In this document: positions 9,233-18,235 of the stretch, piece by piece
How the letters are laid out: every line of letters starts with the position of its first letter
How positions within the stretch are numbered: position 1 is the stretch's first letter
DNA from: a virus
Length of the DNA: 64,000 nt
IMG/VR virus record: IMGVR_UViG_3300009431_000003
Direction: 5' to 3' (one strand)
The notes under the pieces: generated by a model
Seen by the model: the letters and a program-made list of their open reading frames with translations, nothing else
The model's database searches: none
Told to the model about the DNA's origin: nothing
Program-made: the position numbers and the translations under genes

Positions 9233-10370
9233 AGAGAAACCTATAGAGGTAGAGGCGGTACAGTGGGACGGGAGCGGGGAGACGTTCGACATACTTAAGA
9301 AGATAGCCGGTCCTCGTGTTTTACAGTGGGATTACAACGGAAATTATCTCTTGATTAAGACTCTGGAGGGAAAGATGCGTGGAAATCTGGGGGACTGGAT
9401 TATCCAAGGAGTTAAAGGAGAAGCGTATCCTTGTAAGCCTGACATCTTCGAAGCGACCTACGAAGCAGTAAATGAGGAAGCTGATGAGGAAAAAGTAAGA
9501 AACCATCCCAACAAAGCACACGTATCTCCTGAAGAATTATTAAAATCGCACCAACAAATTATGAAACAACGAGATAAAGAATTGGAAGATGCCAGCAAAA
9601 AAGAAAAAGAATATCGGCGAAAGGTGGCCTTTCTAGTGTTTATATGGAACAAGGGTATCGCGCCTCCAAAAGATGACGATCCGTGGGACTTTACTGTCAA
9701 GAATACATTAGACGGAAATTGGATAGCTCACTTGTCTTTCTATAATCCAAAATATCAGAATGCTCATACATGGAGAAGTTATACAATAACTAATGGTGGT
9801 CCGTATTACGGCTTTACGTTTACCCCTGCAGATAAACACACAGAGGATGAGGATTTGAAACAACTCAATGATTTTACTGAAATGCCTGCTGGGGATATTA
9901 GTTCCGCTAACCAAAAAATGCGTGCAGAAAAGAAGACTCGTATTCAATACCAGAATATTGTGTACAAAGCCATGAACTTACTTGACCGAGCTCAAGGAAA
10001 AGAGCCCGGTAATGGAACCATTAAAGATACTTTCTTAGAAGATCTTGGTATATTTTTGGGAGTAAAAGTCTCGGAACATACCAGAGGTATTCCTTTTCTT
10101 CCTGACGTTACAGCAAAGTATCTCAATAAGATTGAGGATGAACAAACTGAGGCTGCTAAAGAAGTAGCCTTAGCAATACAATCAAAACCTCATCAAGTAC
10201 CAAAGCCTGCTGGCGTCTCCTGGGTAACAGAGGTTTTAGAGTACGAAACAGGATCAGATCGCCGCTACTATAAACTATCTTGTGACCATAAAATACTTCT
10301 CAACCCTAGCCTGAGTATTGGTAAGGAAGTAAATTGCCCCATTTGTACCAAACTAAATAAAGACGCTTAA
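9222..10370 (+). CDS. Mosaic protein with N-terminal common phage domain
   Basis: N-terminus KPIEVEAVQW...IKTLEG...GDWIIQGVKGEAYPCKPDIFEATYE is a widespread phage module; C-terminal LSC..CPIC module. Confidence 0.75.
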   Translation: MKFREKPIEVEAVQWDGSGETFDILKKIAGPRVLQWDYNGNYLLIKTLEGKMRGNLGDWIIQGVKGEAYPCKPDIFEATYEAVNEEADEEKVRNHPNKAHVSPEELLKSHQQIMKQRDKELEDASKKEKEYRRKVAFLVFIWNKGIAPPKDDDPWDFTVKNTLDGNWIAHLSFYNPKYQNAHTWRSYTITNGGPYYGFTFTPADKHTEDEDLKQLNDFTEMPAGDISSANQKMRAEKKTRIQYQNIVYKAMNLLDRAQGKEPGNGTIKDTFLEDLGIFLGVKVSEHTRGIPFLPDVTAKYLNKIEDEQTEAAKEVALAIQSKPHQVPKPAGVSWVTEVLEYETGSDRRYYKLSCDHKILLNPSLSIGKEVNCPICTKLNKDA

Positions 10371-10375
10371 GGTAA

Positions 10376-10855
10376 TCAGCTTCTCCACTTTCCGCTTGAA
10401 GGCTTAGGAACTTCTACAATCCCATTAATTTCTTTATAATTACCCAAAAACTCATCACCTTTAGTAATGGGCTGTCTAGCCTTTAAAGACATACCCGAAC
10501 GCGTTTTATATGCTGATACGTTAGGGTGCTTAGCATGGTTAAGGTATCTACCGAGAATTGTCTTTTTAAAGTCCTTATCTACTGAGATGGGGCGCGTCAA
10601 TCGTTGCATTACTCGTCCAATATGCTCGCCTTTTGAATACTCTCTTGTGGCAAAAACACCTTTACCATGAACAATAGAAGGTTTTACGGCAATAGCCAGC
10701 TTACACATCTCAAGAGCAAAGGAAGTCATAGAAGCTGTCTTCTTGCGTTCTTTTTTCTTGTGCTGCTTATAGGCAATTCCCCAAGCCATGGATTCCGGCA
10801 TTTCGGGATTCTTAGCCTTTAAACGCTCAACTCTATCATGCACCCATTTAGGCAT
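10376..10855 (-). CDS. SET-domain protein (putative lysine methyltransferase)
   Basis: SIVHGKGVFATREYSKGE, RYLNHAKHPN and ARQPITKGDEFLGNY match SET motifs; N-terminal KTAS and FALEMCKLA motifs. Confidence 0.8.
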   Translation of the reverse strand: MPKWVHDRVERLKAKNPEMPESMAWGIAYKQHKKKERKKTASMTSFALEMCKLAIAVKPSIVHGKGVFATREYSKGEHIGRVMQRLTRPISVDKDFKKTILGRYLNHAKHPNVSAYKTRSGMSLKARQPITKGDEFLGNYKEINGIVEVPKPSSGKWRS

Positions 10856-10863
10856 GGACTATC

Positions 10864-11103
10864 TCATTTATTTGAAATTAATTCAGGAGTGACTGCCCCA
10901 CCTACTGCCCAGGGCAGAGCTTCCAGCCCAGCCGAGCCTAAACGAGCGTGTAAAGCTTTGTTTAGCGCACGAGACCTAACCAGAGCAGGAAGCATAGCCG
11001 CCCCGCCAAGAAGGCTACCTGTAACAAACCTGGCCGGCCAGCGGCTTTTTTTCTTCTCTTGTGCTATCTTTATAATTTCTAAGGCAAAAGAATTATTCAA
11101 CAT
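10864..11103 (-). CDS. Small motif-bearing hydrophobic protein
   Basis: SFALEIIKIAQ N-terminus; two Gly/Ala hydrophobic segments; co-oriented with the SET gene. Confidence 0.65.
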   Translation of the reverse strand: MLNNSFALEIIKIAQEKKKSRWPARFVTGSLLGGAAMLPALVRSRALNKALHARLGSAGLEALPWAVGGAVTPELISNK

Positions 11104-11139
11104 AATAAGTAAGTATATAATCAGAAAGGTGAAAGATCA

Positions 11140-11520
11140 ATGAAAAATGCAGCATTCCTTACTTTGAAACTTGCTCTAAAAGGAACAGTCAACAATACAG
11201 ATAATCTCATGGAGTTTGACTCTATAGATAATACCTCTTCTATATACTTCCCAATTGTTAAAGCTGAAAAAGATGATACAGGGTGGATTTTTTGGGGAGG
11301 AACAGAAAAAGGGCTATACTTAGTTGAGGCGGAAAGGGAAGATAACGACGTTATTTGCTGGGTGATTATATCCGATATAGTATTATATTTCATGTCTGAG
11401 TTTTTATTTGGGCAGTTTAGAATGGACGAAGACGGCAACATGAAAACCCGCAACCAATGCCGCGCTGAAGCAACAAAACAACTTCAAGAGCTTGGGTACA
11501 AATTACAAGAGAAAGAATAA
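11140..11520 (+). CDS. Hypothetical protein
   Basis: 126-aa ORF with RBS. Confidence 0.65.
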   Translation: MKNAAFLTLKLALKGTVNNTDNLMEFDSIDNTSSIYFPIVKAEKDDTGWIFWGGTEKGLYLVEAEREDNDVICWVIISDIVLYFMSEFLFGQFRMDEDGNMKTRNQCRAEATKQLQELGYKLQEKE

Positions 11521-11569
11521 TGAAGCATCTGTATTTACTTGCTCTCAATAATCATGTTAGGAGAAAAAT

Positions 11570-12304
11570 ATGTCTAAAAATTTTAGAAAAGTTGCTGTGG
11601 CCTCAGCAGTAATAGATCACTTAAGAAATTCCGGATTTGCCGAGGCTAGTGACTTACCGTGGCAAATCCGGAAAAAGATAACTACAATAATAAAAGACCA
11701 AGTAACTAAAGGGAAACTATTAGTCTACGACGACAAACATGGAAAAGATCCTACTTGGGGAGATATTAAAGTATCCTGCATGATTCCTTTGTCTGATGAT
11801 AAAGAGTTGTTCGCTATCCTTCGACCAACAAGATACCCTGCCGAGCATAACCAAGCGGCCTGGATCATTGTTACTGTTATTTCCTGGGAAGAAGCTGAAG
11901 CATATAATCCCACGGAATACGCAGACATTATTCAGGATGTTTATTCTCCAAAGAGTGCGTGGACATATAACTTTAAAGAAGTATTCGGAAATTTATCCCC
12001 GGAAGACTACAAAGAGGCAACGGGAGAAGCCACAACAAACCAAGAACTAAAACCTCCGGAAATTCCTATTACTACTATTTGGAAAGCAAGAGAATTGCTT
12101 CAAAGCAGTAAGATCGGAGATATTTCTCTCGATACTAAAGGTAAAAAGCTCTCTGGAGAGTTAACTGTTAACAGCGTCGTAGTTGATTTATCTGCCGACA
12201 CAGACGAAGAATTTCTACAAAAAATCAGGACAGCCCTCGATAACATATCGGCGCCCATTGAAGAAGCCAGAAGGCTTATCACAGAAGGAGAAGGAAATGA
12301 CTAA
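11570..12304 (+). CDS. Hypothetical protein
   Basis: 244-aa ORF, AGGAG RBS. Confidence 0.7.
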   Translation: MSKNFRKVAVASAVIDHLRNSGFAEASDLPWQIRKKITTIIKDQVTKGKLLVYDDKHGKDPTWGDIKVSCMIPLSDDKELFAILRPTRYPAEHNQAAWIIVTVISWEEAEAYNPTEYADIIQDVYSPKSAWTYNFKEVFGNLSPEDYKEATGEATTNQELKPPEIPITTIWKARELLQSSKIGDISLDTKGKKLSGELTVNSVVVDLSADTDEEFLQKIRTALDNISAPIEEARRLITEGEGND

Positions 12305-12668
12305 TTATCTAAATCATGTATTTGTTGTTATGCGGTCAGGAGAAGCTCAAGCGGCAACTGTTGAAGCTGTAACTATGCCTGGAATATCTCGAATAAAAGA
12401 CGTAAAAAATAAAATAATGCAGGCAGTAACTGCTTGGGTAAAGAACTATAACTCAGGACAAAAAGCTTGGGAGGGCTCCTCTGAGGATTACAATATCGGA
12501 GACCTATCAAACGATCTGAGTAACAAGTATCTGGAAACGGAATTGGAAGATCAAGGGATCATCGACTTATCTATAAGCTTAGATAGACTAGGGCAACGTG
12601 ATTGGGAATATGACGACATTCTTGTAATAAAAGATAGATTATATAACGTAGAGGATACAAACGTATGA
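12297..12668 (+). CDS. Hypothetical protein
   Basis: Start at MTNYLN after GGAGAAGGA. Confidence 0.65.
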   Translation: MTNYLNHVFVVMRSGEAQAATVEAVTMPGISRIKDVKNKIMQAVTAWVKNYNSGQKAWEGSSEDYNIGDLSNDLSNKYLETELEDQGIIDLSISLDRLGQRDWEYDDILVIKDRLYNVEDTNV

Positions 12669-13156
12669 AAACAATGCATGGGGTTGTGACTTTAGTCTTT
12701 AATATGGACCAGATCACTAAAGGCGAGAGCCGAGACCAATTCAACGAAGCAATTCACCAAATAAATGTAGATCTACAGCGCCAGCCTTACGGCCTGGGCG
12801 CGCAACTCTACGTAGCCGAGGATCAAAAAGAAATGGGCTTCCTTATCGAGAATAATACTGTTACTTGTGACGAATGCGGTGCTGAGACCCAAATTGATGG
12901 AGAGTATGTAGGCGCTTACTTTGACGTATGGGACGAGAAAGAACCAACATATCATTATGAGTGCTGTTCAAAGAAGTGCGAAAACAAGCTACTGGAAAAC
13001 ACCGAATACTGTCCTATCTGTAAAAGAGAGTTACATGAATTACAAGAACATCCAAAGCACCCGCCTCGTGGACTTTCAATGGTACAGGTGGAGGGGCATG
13101 AAAGCTTAATCTGCCGGCGTTGCGCTGAGAAAGAAGGGTGGAAGTATGTGCCATGA
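12665..13156 (+). CDS. Cys-rich hypothetical protein
   Basis: CDEC, CCSKKC, CPIC, CRRC. Confidence 0.65.
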   Translation: MKTMHGVVTLVFNMDQITKGESRDQFNEAIHQINVDLQRQPYGLGAQLYVAEDQKEMGFLIENNTVTCDECGAETQIDGEYVGAYFDVWDEKEPTYHYECCSKKCENKLLENTEYCPICKRELHELQEHPKHPPRGLSMVQVEGHESLICRRCAEKEGWKYVP

Positions 13157-13195
13157 TAAGTCTGCATCGTGTCTACCTTATGAGGGTCCGCCTAA

Positions 13196-13513
13196 GTGGT
13201 ACCAGCGATGATAACAAGGACAAAAACCCCTCCGGAGATTCAGGCAATGATTAATAAAGTTGACGCTAACATCCGTAAGGCAACCAAAAAATATGTTGGC
13301 AAACCTTCTTGGAGAGCATCACTCCGATACCGAATTATCGTATGGTGCCGAGCAATTCAACAATGGTGGTTTCTACGCCAACAAAAGACAGTGCTAAATT
13401 GTCCTTTTCCAAGACTACGATGGAACAGTGTCAGCCAATTCTTTACTCTCCTGCACCCAATTACTTACAATAAGATCGAGCTAACAGTAAGCAGTAAAGA
13501 AAAGGAAAATTAA
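13196..13513 (+). CDS. Hypothetical protein
   Basis: 105-aa ORF; start uncertain. Confidence 0.45.
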   Translation: MVPAMITRTKTPPEIQAMINKVDANIRKATKKYVGKPSWRASLRYRIIVWCRAIQQWWFLRQQKTVLNCPFPRLRWNSVSQFFTLLHPITYNKIELTVSSKEKEN

Positions 13514-13609
13514 ATGAAACTACATGTAACCGCCGGGGTGCCCTTCCCACCAGACGCCGTAACACAGACCTTTGGGTTTAATCGAGGAGCTACACAAAGA
13601 ATTATTTGA
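13514..13609 (+). pseudogene. Possible truncated remnant of a HerA/DUF87-like ATPase
   Basis: Reads MKLHVTAGVPFPPDAVTQTFG then diverges and stops; resembles the pre-Walker-A N-terminus of phage HerA-like ATPases (from memory). Confidence 0.35.
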
Positions 13610-13624
13610 TTAAAGGAGAAATAA

Positions 13625-13873
13625 ATGAACTACAATTTAATGAGAGAACATATAGGACATAAGATAGTTTGTGTCTGTTATGGAAAAACTGGAGAAGACC
13701 CAGACAATATAGCAATCGAATGCGAAACTTGCGGGGAAGTACTAATTGACGCTTGTGCTGGAGATTACTGGGCAAAATACCTTGCTGAAGAACAAACGAT
13801 AACTAATGGAGCTTTACCTTTACCGCAGTGGGAGCACTACGCACCCTTTCAACAGAACAAATACAAAAACTGA
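13625..13873 (+). CDS. Hypothetical protein
   Basis: AAGGAG RBS; HIGHKIVCVCYG...IECETC. Confidence 0.7.
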   Translation: MNYNLMREHIGHKIVCVCYGKTGEDPDNIAIECETCGEVLIDACAGDYWAKYLAEEQTITNGALPLPQWEHYAPFQQNKYKN

Positions 13874-14083
13874 AAGACGCCCCATGCTATACCCTTCAAG
13901 ACAAGCCTCGAAAGTTCTCTGCCGGAAAAATAACTAGTCTTAGCCAACCTATGGTTATACTTAAAACTGAAAAAGAAAAAATTGCTCAGCACTTGCAGCT
14001 AATTTTGTCTGCCGCCAATAACCTTAAAACAGAGGGAGAACATCGAGGGCGGTATTGATGCAATAACTGAAATAATAGAAAAA

Positions 14084-14347
14084 ATGACGGCTAATTATCA
14101 GCTTGAGAAGTACCAGCTTACCAAAAAGGCGGAGACTTACCAAGCTGATTGGGCGGCTGAGAAACATAAATTTGGCACTATTTTAGCGGGCCTAAAAGAG
14201 AAAAACAAACAACTGGAGAGTCACTTCAAAAATATACAGAAAACAGCGCAAGACGGATATAAAGACGATGCACTTTCTTACGTTGATGATATCTGCACAC
14301 TTATAGATATGTCAGACAAAAAGAACCCAATAAAGGAAAGCGAATGA
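14084..14347 (+). CDS. Hypothetical protein
   Basis: 87-aa coiled-coil-like ORF. Confidence 0.55.
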   Translation: MTANYQLEKYQLTKKAETYQADWAAEKHKFGTILAGLKEKNKQLESHFKNIQKTAQDGYKDDALSYVDDICTLIDMSDKKNPIKESE

Positions 14348-14595
14348 AGTATATTAAGACTACTTGGGACGATAGAAAAGCAGCAGAAAAACGCGAGCAT
14401 AAGAGTACTTGCCGCAATTCAAAACAAGCCGGGAAAAGCTCATACTGGATCACATGCCCGTTTTGTGACAAAGAGGTCATTGCTTATGTATGGTCAATAG
14501 CTGGTGGAGGAAAGCGGTGTCCCAACTGCGGAGCCATGCACTCGTACTATGGAACATCACATAGGAAGAAGAATCCTAGGAAGGAGGGGCAATGA
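14344..14595 (+). CDS. Zn-ribbon hypothetical protein
   Basis: CPFC...CPNC; ATGA overlap. Confidence 0.7.
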   Translation: MKYIKTTWDDRKAAEKREHKSTCRNSKQAGKSSYWITCPFCDKEVIAYVWSIAGGGKRCPNCGAMHSYYGTSHRKKNPRKEGQ

Positions 14596-14894
14596 AGGCA
14601 GTAAGATCAGTGTCACTAACTAGAAAGAACGACCCGTCAGAAAAAGAGACTCAACTTATGCTCTATTTATCAGAAGAGGACGCAAATGCTCTATACGAAC
14701 TCGGTACAGAAGCTATAGCTAAAGGCTGCGGACTCTCTTTTGATATTTACAACAATGACATTCTCCTGTGTAAATACTCTTACGCTCCGGGAGATATTGG
14801 TGAGGTCATTTTGGGAATGCAACAAGAAAAATTTGCTGGCAGGCAACATAGTCTTGGGTCTCATGGCCTTCTTAAAGGAAATGAAGGTGATTAG
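14592..14894 (+). CDS. Hypothetical protein
   Basis: AGGAGG RBS, ATGA overlap. Confidence 0.65.
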   Translation: MKAVRSVSLTRKNDPSEKETQLMLYLSEEDANALYELGTEAIAKGCGLSFDIYNNDILLCKYSYAPGDIGEVILGMQQEKFAGRQHSLGSHGLLKGNEGD

Positions 14895-15063
14895 TATAAT
14901 GGAAAATCAAGGAATGAGCCCCAAAGAAATGATTGGACGTAAAGTTCGAGACAAAAAAAAACAGCAAGTTAGGGCGGCTATCCCCATAAATTATCTATAT
15001 TTTTGGGGCTTCTTGTTGGTGCCGTGGATACTGTAAATGGAATAATAAAATAAGGGAGACAAT

Positions 15064-15264
15064 ATGTGCCGGAATTGTAATTGGGAAGAATACTTGGATA
15101 AAATTGAGCTTTTACTGGACGACGAGGAATATGAGTTTGCTTCAAACACTCTCCAAGGAATCAAAGATTGGATAACTGGAGAAGGCGCCAGAGAGCCTAG
15201 AAACCATATCACGCCTAAACAGCAGCAAGCCATAGAAAATATAGAAAACAGCACCAATTATTAA
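15064..15264 (+). CDS. Hypothetical protein
   Basis: 66-aa ORF, GGGAG RBS. Confidence 0.65.
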   Translation: MCRNCNWEEYLDKIELLLDDEEYEFASNTLQGIKDWITGEGAREPRNHITPKQQQAIENIENSTNY

Positions 15265-15278
15265 ATCGGTATTTCCCA

Positions 15279-15288
15279 CATAAGAACA
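15279..15288 (+). promoter_or_regulatory. CATAAGAACA motif (putative phage promoter)
   Basis: ATTTCCCACATAAGAACAAT, intergenic. Confidence 0.5.
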
Positions 15289-15325
15289 ATAACAAAAGCA
15301 ATATTTTTAACAAAAAGGGGGAGTT

Positions 15326-15475
15326 ATGGAAAAATGGCCACTTATTTTAATCGGCGCGGTTGCTATTATCGCTGCTTGTCGGCAAGCACATAAACACAAC
15401 ACTATCAGAAAATTTAATGAACATCCGGAAATGTATCTCCTCAAGGCTCTGTTGGAGGACTCCAAATGTCAGTAA
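15326..15475 (+). CDS. Small membrane/lipoprotein-like peptide (49 aa)
   Basis: MEKWPLILIGAVAIIAAC...; GGGGAG RBS; below the ORF-track cutoff. Confidence 0.5.
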   Translation: MEKWPLILIGAVAIIAACRQAHKHNTIRKFNEHPEMYLLKALLEDSKCQ

Positions 15476-15936
15476 TTTATTTGTCCTTGGATACTCCAAT
15501 CAATACCTTAAGAAAATATGGCTTTTCTTATCTTACTGGAGAAGCCTGCGGCGTTGCGCATCGAGGTTTATTCGATTTGGATGAAAAAGCAAAAAAAGTA
15601 TGGGAAACAATGACCAGAACTTCTTTAACAAGTAAGTGCTGGAATACAGGAGTTGGTTCTATAATTATTCCTAATGCCTGGGTCAAAGATATCGCTGTCT
15701 GGTGTCTTCTTGTTACTGACAAGTGTCATGTTGTAGCAGAAATGGTAGACAAGCGAGGGCCTTTGAGCCTAATAGGATTAAATAAGGACACCTCAAATAT
15801 TGAAAAAGTAATCCAAGAAACTTATTCTTCAGCACTAAAAAGAGGAGCAGTAAGCATATCTCGGTACTACAAAATTTCTTCTAATCCTGGTACAGGATTA
15901 GATAATACCCACCAAATGACTCAACGAACAAATTAG
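15466..15936 (+). CDS. Hypothetical protein
   Basis: 156-aa ORF, GGAGG RBS. Confidence 0.7.
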   Translation: MSVIYLSLDTPINTLRKYGFSYLTGEACGVAHRGLFDLDEKAKKVWETMTRTSLTSKCWNTGVGSIIIPNAWVKDIAVWCLLVTDKCHVVAEMVDKRGPLSLIGLNKDTSNIEKVIQETYSSALKRGAVSISRYYKISSNPGTGLDNTHQMTQRTN

Positions 15937-15951
15937 GTAAGGAGTAAGAAA

Positions 15952-16206
15952 ATGACGAGAAGAGAAGGACGGATTCACGCTTTATGTGTCGAGTTTGGTA
16001 GACCAGACCTCTGGCAAATACTCAAAAAAAAAATAGACGGGGACAGATTAGTTGCCGGCTATACCACAGCTACAGGAAGGGACATCGCAGAGGCTATTGT
16101 TAAAAAAGTAGAAATATCCAATAAGCTGAAAATGAAAAACTTGGATGATGCTCTTTATTTAGCCACCAACGCCAAAAAGTTTGTGAAAATCACAACTGCA
16201 CAATAA
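15952..16206 (+). CDS. Hypothetical protein
   Basis: AAGGAG RBS. Confidence 0.65.
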   Translation: MTRREGRIHALCVEFGRPDLWQILKKKIDGDRLVAGYTTATGRDIAEAIVKKVEISNKLKMKNLDDALYLATNAKKFVKITTAQ

Positions 16207-16218
16207 ACCGATCACATA

Positions 16219-16246
16219 AAAGAAGAGGGCCTTCCCTCTTCTTTTC
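16219..16246 (+). terminator. Intrinsic terminator
   Basis: AAAGAAGAGGG-CCTT-CCCTCTTCTTT hairpin with T tail. Confidence 0.7.
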
Positions 16247-16261
16247 TATAAGGACAGATAA

Positions 16262-16920
16262 ATGCAGAAAGCATATTTAAGTATCGACCTTGACTTTTGG
16301 TTTATGCAAGACGCCCAATAAAAAGAGTAAAACAATTGACTAGTCTTCTTGGTAAGCTCAAGCAAGCACAAATTCCTACAACTATAACCATGAATCATAA
16401 GCACCTTACTAAAGAAATTAATCAACTCTCTGACGAAGTACGAACCCTTGTCAACATGGACTACCACTCCGACATTACAAACAAGAAAAACAATATTCCT
16501 TTTAATGAAGGTACCTGGGTTAATTTCATAAAATGGAAAGGAGAAGGGACATATATCTGGATTAGGCCCCTCGCTAAGCTAGCAAAGCCTCAAAGCAGCG
16601 GGAGAGTAGATAGAACTAATCTACGGTTTGGAAAAGCTTTAGCTAAAAAAGCAGGATGGAAATCCATTCGCTCCCGCCTGCTATATTTACCTAAAAATTT
16701 CACTTTTGTCGGCGCAGGTATTAGCATCAGTCCTCGTTGGGTTAATAAACCAATTCTTATTTATACTCTTCTTCAGTGTATTCTTGGGCATCCAATATCT
16801 CTTCGGGACATAGGAAAAGACAGCGAGCCAATTTCCTGTCTCGATGCTGTAGGTGGAGATATTACGCAACCATTAAACAGTACGCTAAAAGCTGAAGAGC
16901 TTGATGGCCTCCGCATTTAG
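16262..16920 (+). pseudogene. UPF0489-like (DLDFW...NxDxHSD) protein, frameshifted
   Basis: MQKAYLSIDLDFW starts at 16262 after RBS; continues only in the -1 frame (..NHKHL..VNMDYHSD..NEGTW) from ~16301. Confidence 0.55.
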
Positions 16921-16942
16921 AGTAATAACCTTTAATTTCTCC

Positions 16943-16952
16943 CATAAGAATA
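16943..16952 (+). promoter_or_regulatory. CATAAGAATA motif (putative phage promoter)
   Basis: ATTTCTCCCATAAGAATAAT, intergenic. Confidence 0.5.
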
Positions 16953-16983
16953 ATAGAGAAAACATTAACAAAGGAGAGAAATT

Positions 16984-17772
16984 ATGAGAAATCTATTTTT
17001 GCTATTTTGTTTATTGATTCTCTTCTGCACATGCGCAGGAGAAGAGAGTGACACAATTAATAAATATTACACAGCCGACGACGACTCCGCAGATGATGAC
17101 GATGATACTGTGGACGATGACGACTCCGCAGATGATGCGACACTCGTGAATTACGCTCTTGACTTCGACGGTATCGATGATTATGTGGTGGTTCCCGATG
17201 CTCTAAGTCTGGATGTGACAACAGCGATGACTATCGAAATGTGGATATATGTTCGATCAGTAATTCCGTCAGGCTGGAATAATATTATTGAACATTATCA
17301 AGGGACAAAAGAGGGGTCCTTTGGTTGGCGTCTACGAATCAATACTGGTGACTGCTTTAAGTTTGAGACCCACAACGAAGGTGAGAGTACCTTTGTTGTA
17401 GATATTAGGAAAGCGCCTATCAGGCAGTGGGTCCATGTTGCCTGCATCTTCGACAATGACGCCCTCTATCTTTATGTAGACGGCATTAAAGTCACTAAAA
17501 AAGAAAACGCCGAAATGGGGCAAGCAACAAGTAGCTTGCTTATAGGGATGAATCATACTAATGGGTCCTTTTTCGATGGCATGATAAGCGAGGTGCGTCT
17601 TTCCAGTGTCGCCCGATACGATGCTAATTTCACTCCGGCAGAGAAACTGGTTACTGACTCCCACACTATCGGACTTTGGCATTTCGATGAGGGCACTGGC
17701 ACCATCGCCTATGACAAAAGCGCCAACGGGAATCATGGCACTCTGCATGGACCAACCTGGGTCGAGCATTAA
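16984..17772 (+). CDS. LamG/concanavalin-A-like lectin-domain exported lipoprotein
   Basis: Hydrophobic signal with Cys, acidic DDDSADDDDD linker, ALDFDG.DDYV, WVHVACIFD...LYVDG, GLWHFDEGTG. Confidence 0.85.
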   Translation: MRNLFLLFCLLILFCTCAGEESDTINKYYTADDDSADDDDDTVDDDDSADDATLVNYALDFDGIDDYVVVPDALSLDVTTAMTIEMWIYVRSVIPSGWNNIIEHYQGTKEGSFGWRLRINTGDCFKFETHNEGESTFVVDIRKAPIRQWVHVACIFDNDALYLYVDGIKVTKKENAEMGQATSSLLIGMNHTNGSFFDGMISEVRLSSVARYDANFTPAEKLVTDSHTIGLWHFDEGTGTIAYDKSANGNHGTLHGPTWVEH

Positions 17773-17777
17773 CAAAT

Positions 17778-17803
17778 AAAGAAGAGCTTCCTGCTCTTCT
17801 TTT
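17778..17803 (+). terminator. Intrinsic terminator
   Basis: AAAGAAGAGC-TTCCT-GCTCTTCTTT hairpin. Confidence 0.65.
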
Positions 17804-17821
17804 ACTTAAGGAGAAAATCAC

Positions 17822-18235
17822 ATGTTTAAAAAACGAACAAATTGGACTAAAAAGCAACTGGAACTTTTATACTCAAAAACAGAAAAAGCCCAAAAGGATA
17901 GAAAGAACAAAAAGCTTCCTAGAGAGTATTGGTTTACTATTTCTGGCTTTTTATCTCAAAAAAGTTTGGGCGAACCCCGAACACCGGATGCGTGCCGAAT
18001 GATGTATAATCGGTTGGTAAAAGAAATAGAGAAAGCAAAAAATACAGAGGTAACAATAGAAAAGAAAGAGGATACTGACAAAATAAAGAATACCTCTGAT
18101 ACTCCAAACAATCCAGAGATGTTAACAGAGGTACTCAATAGAATAATTCTTCTCGAAAAAGCTATTACAAAAGTCGAAACATTAATCCTAAATTTGTACA
18201 AAGCATGGAACTTTGACCCGGAGGTAGAAGAATGA
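17822..18235 (+). CDS. Hypothetical protein (possible Myb-like N-terminus)
   Basis: WTKKQLELL...RTPDACRMMYNRL. Confidence 0.65.
   Translation: MFKKRTNWTKKQLELLYSKTEKAQKDRKNKKLPREYWFTISGFLSQKSLGEPRTPDACRMMYNRLVKEIEKAKNTEVTIEKKEDTDKIKNTSDTPNNPEMLTEVLNRIILLEKAITKVETLILNLYKAWNFDPEVEE

Noticed and set aside
10376-10855. SET domain as evidence for a eukaryotic giant virus
   Set aside because: Shine-Dalgarno sites, tmRNA, a peptidoglycan amidase and a contractile tail indicate a bacteriophage.
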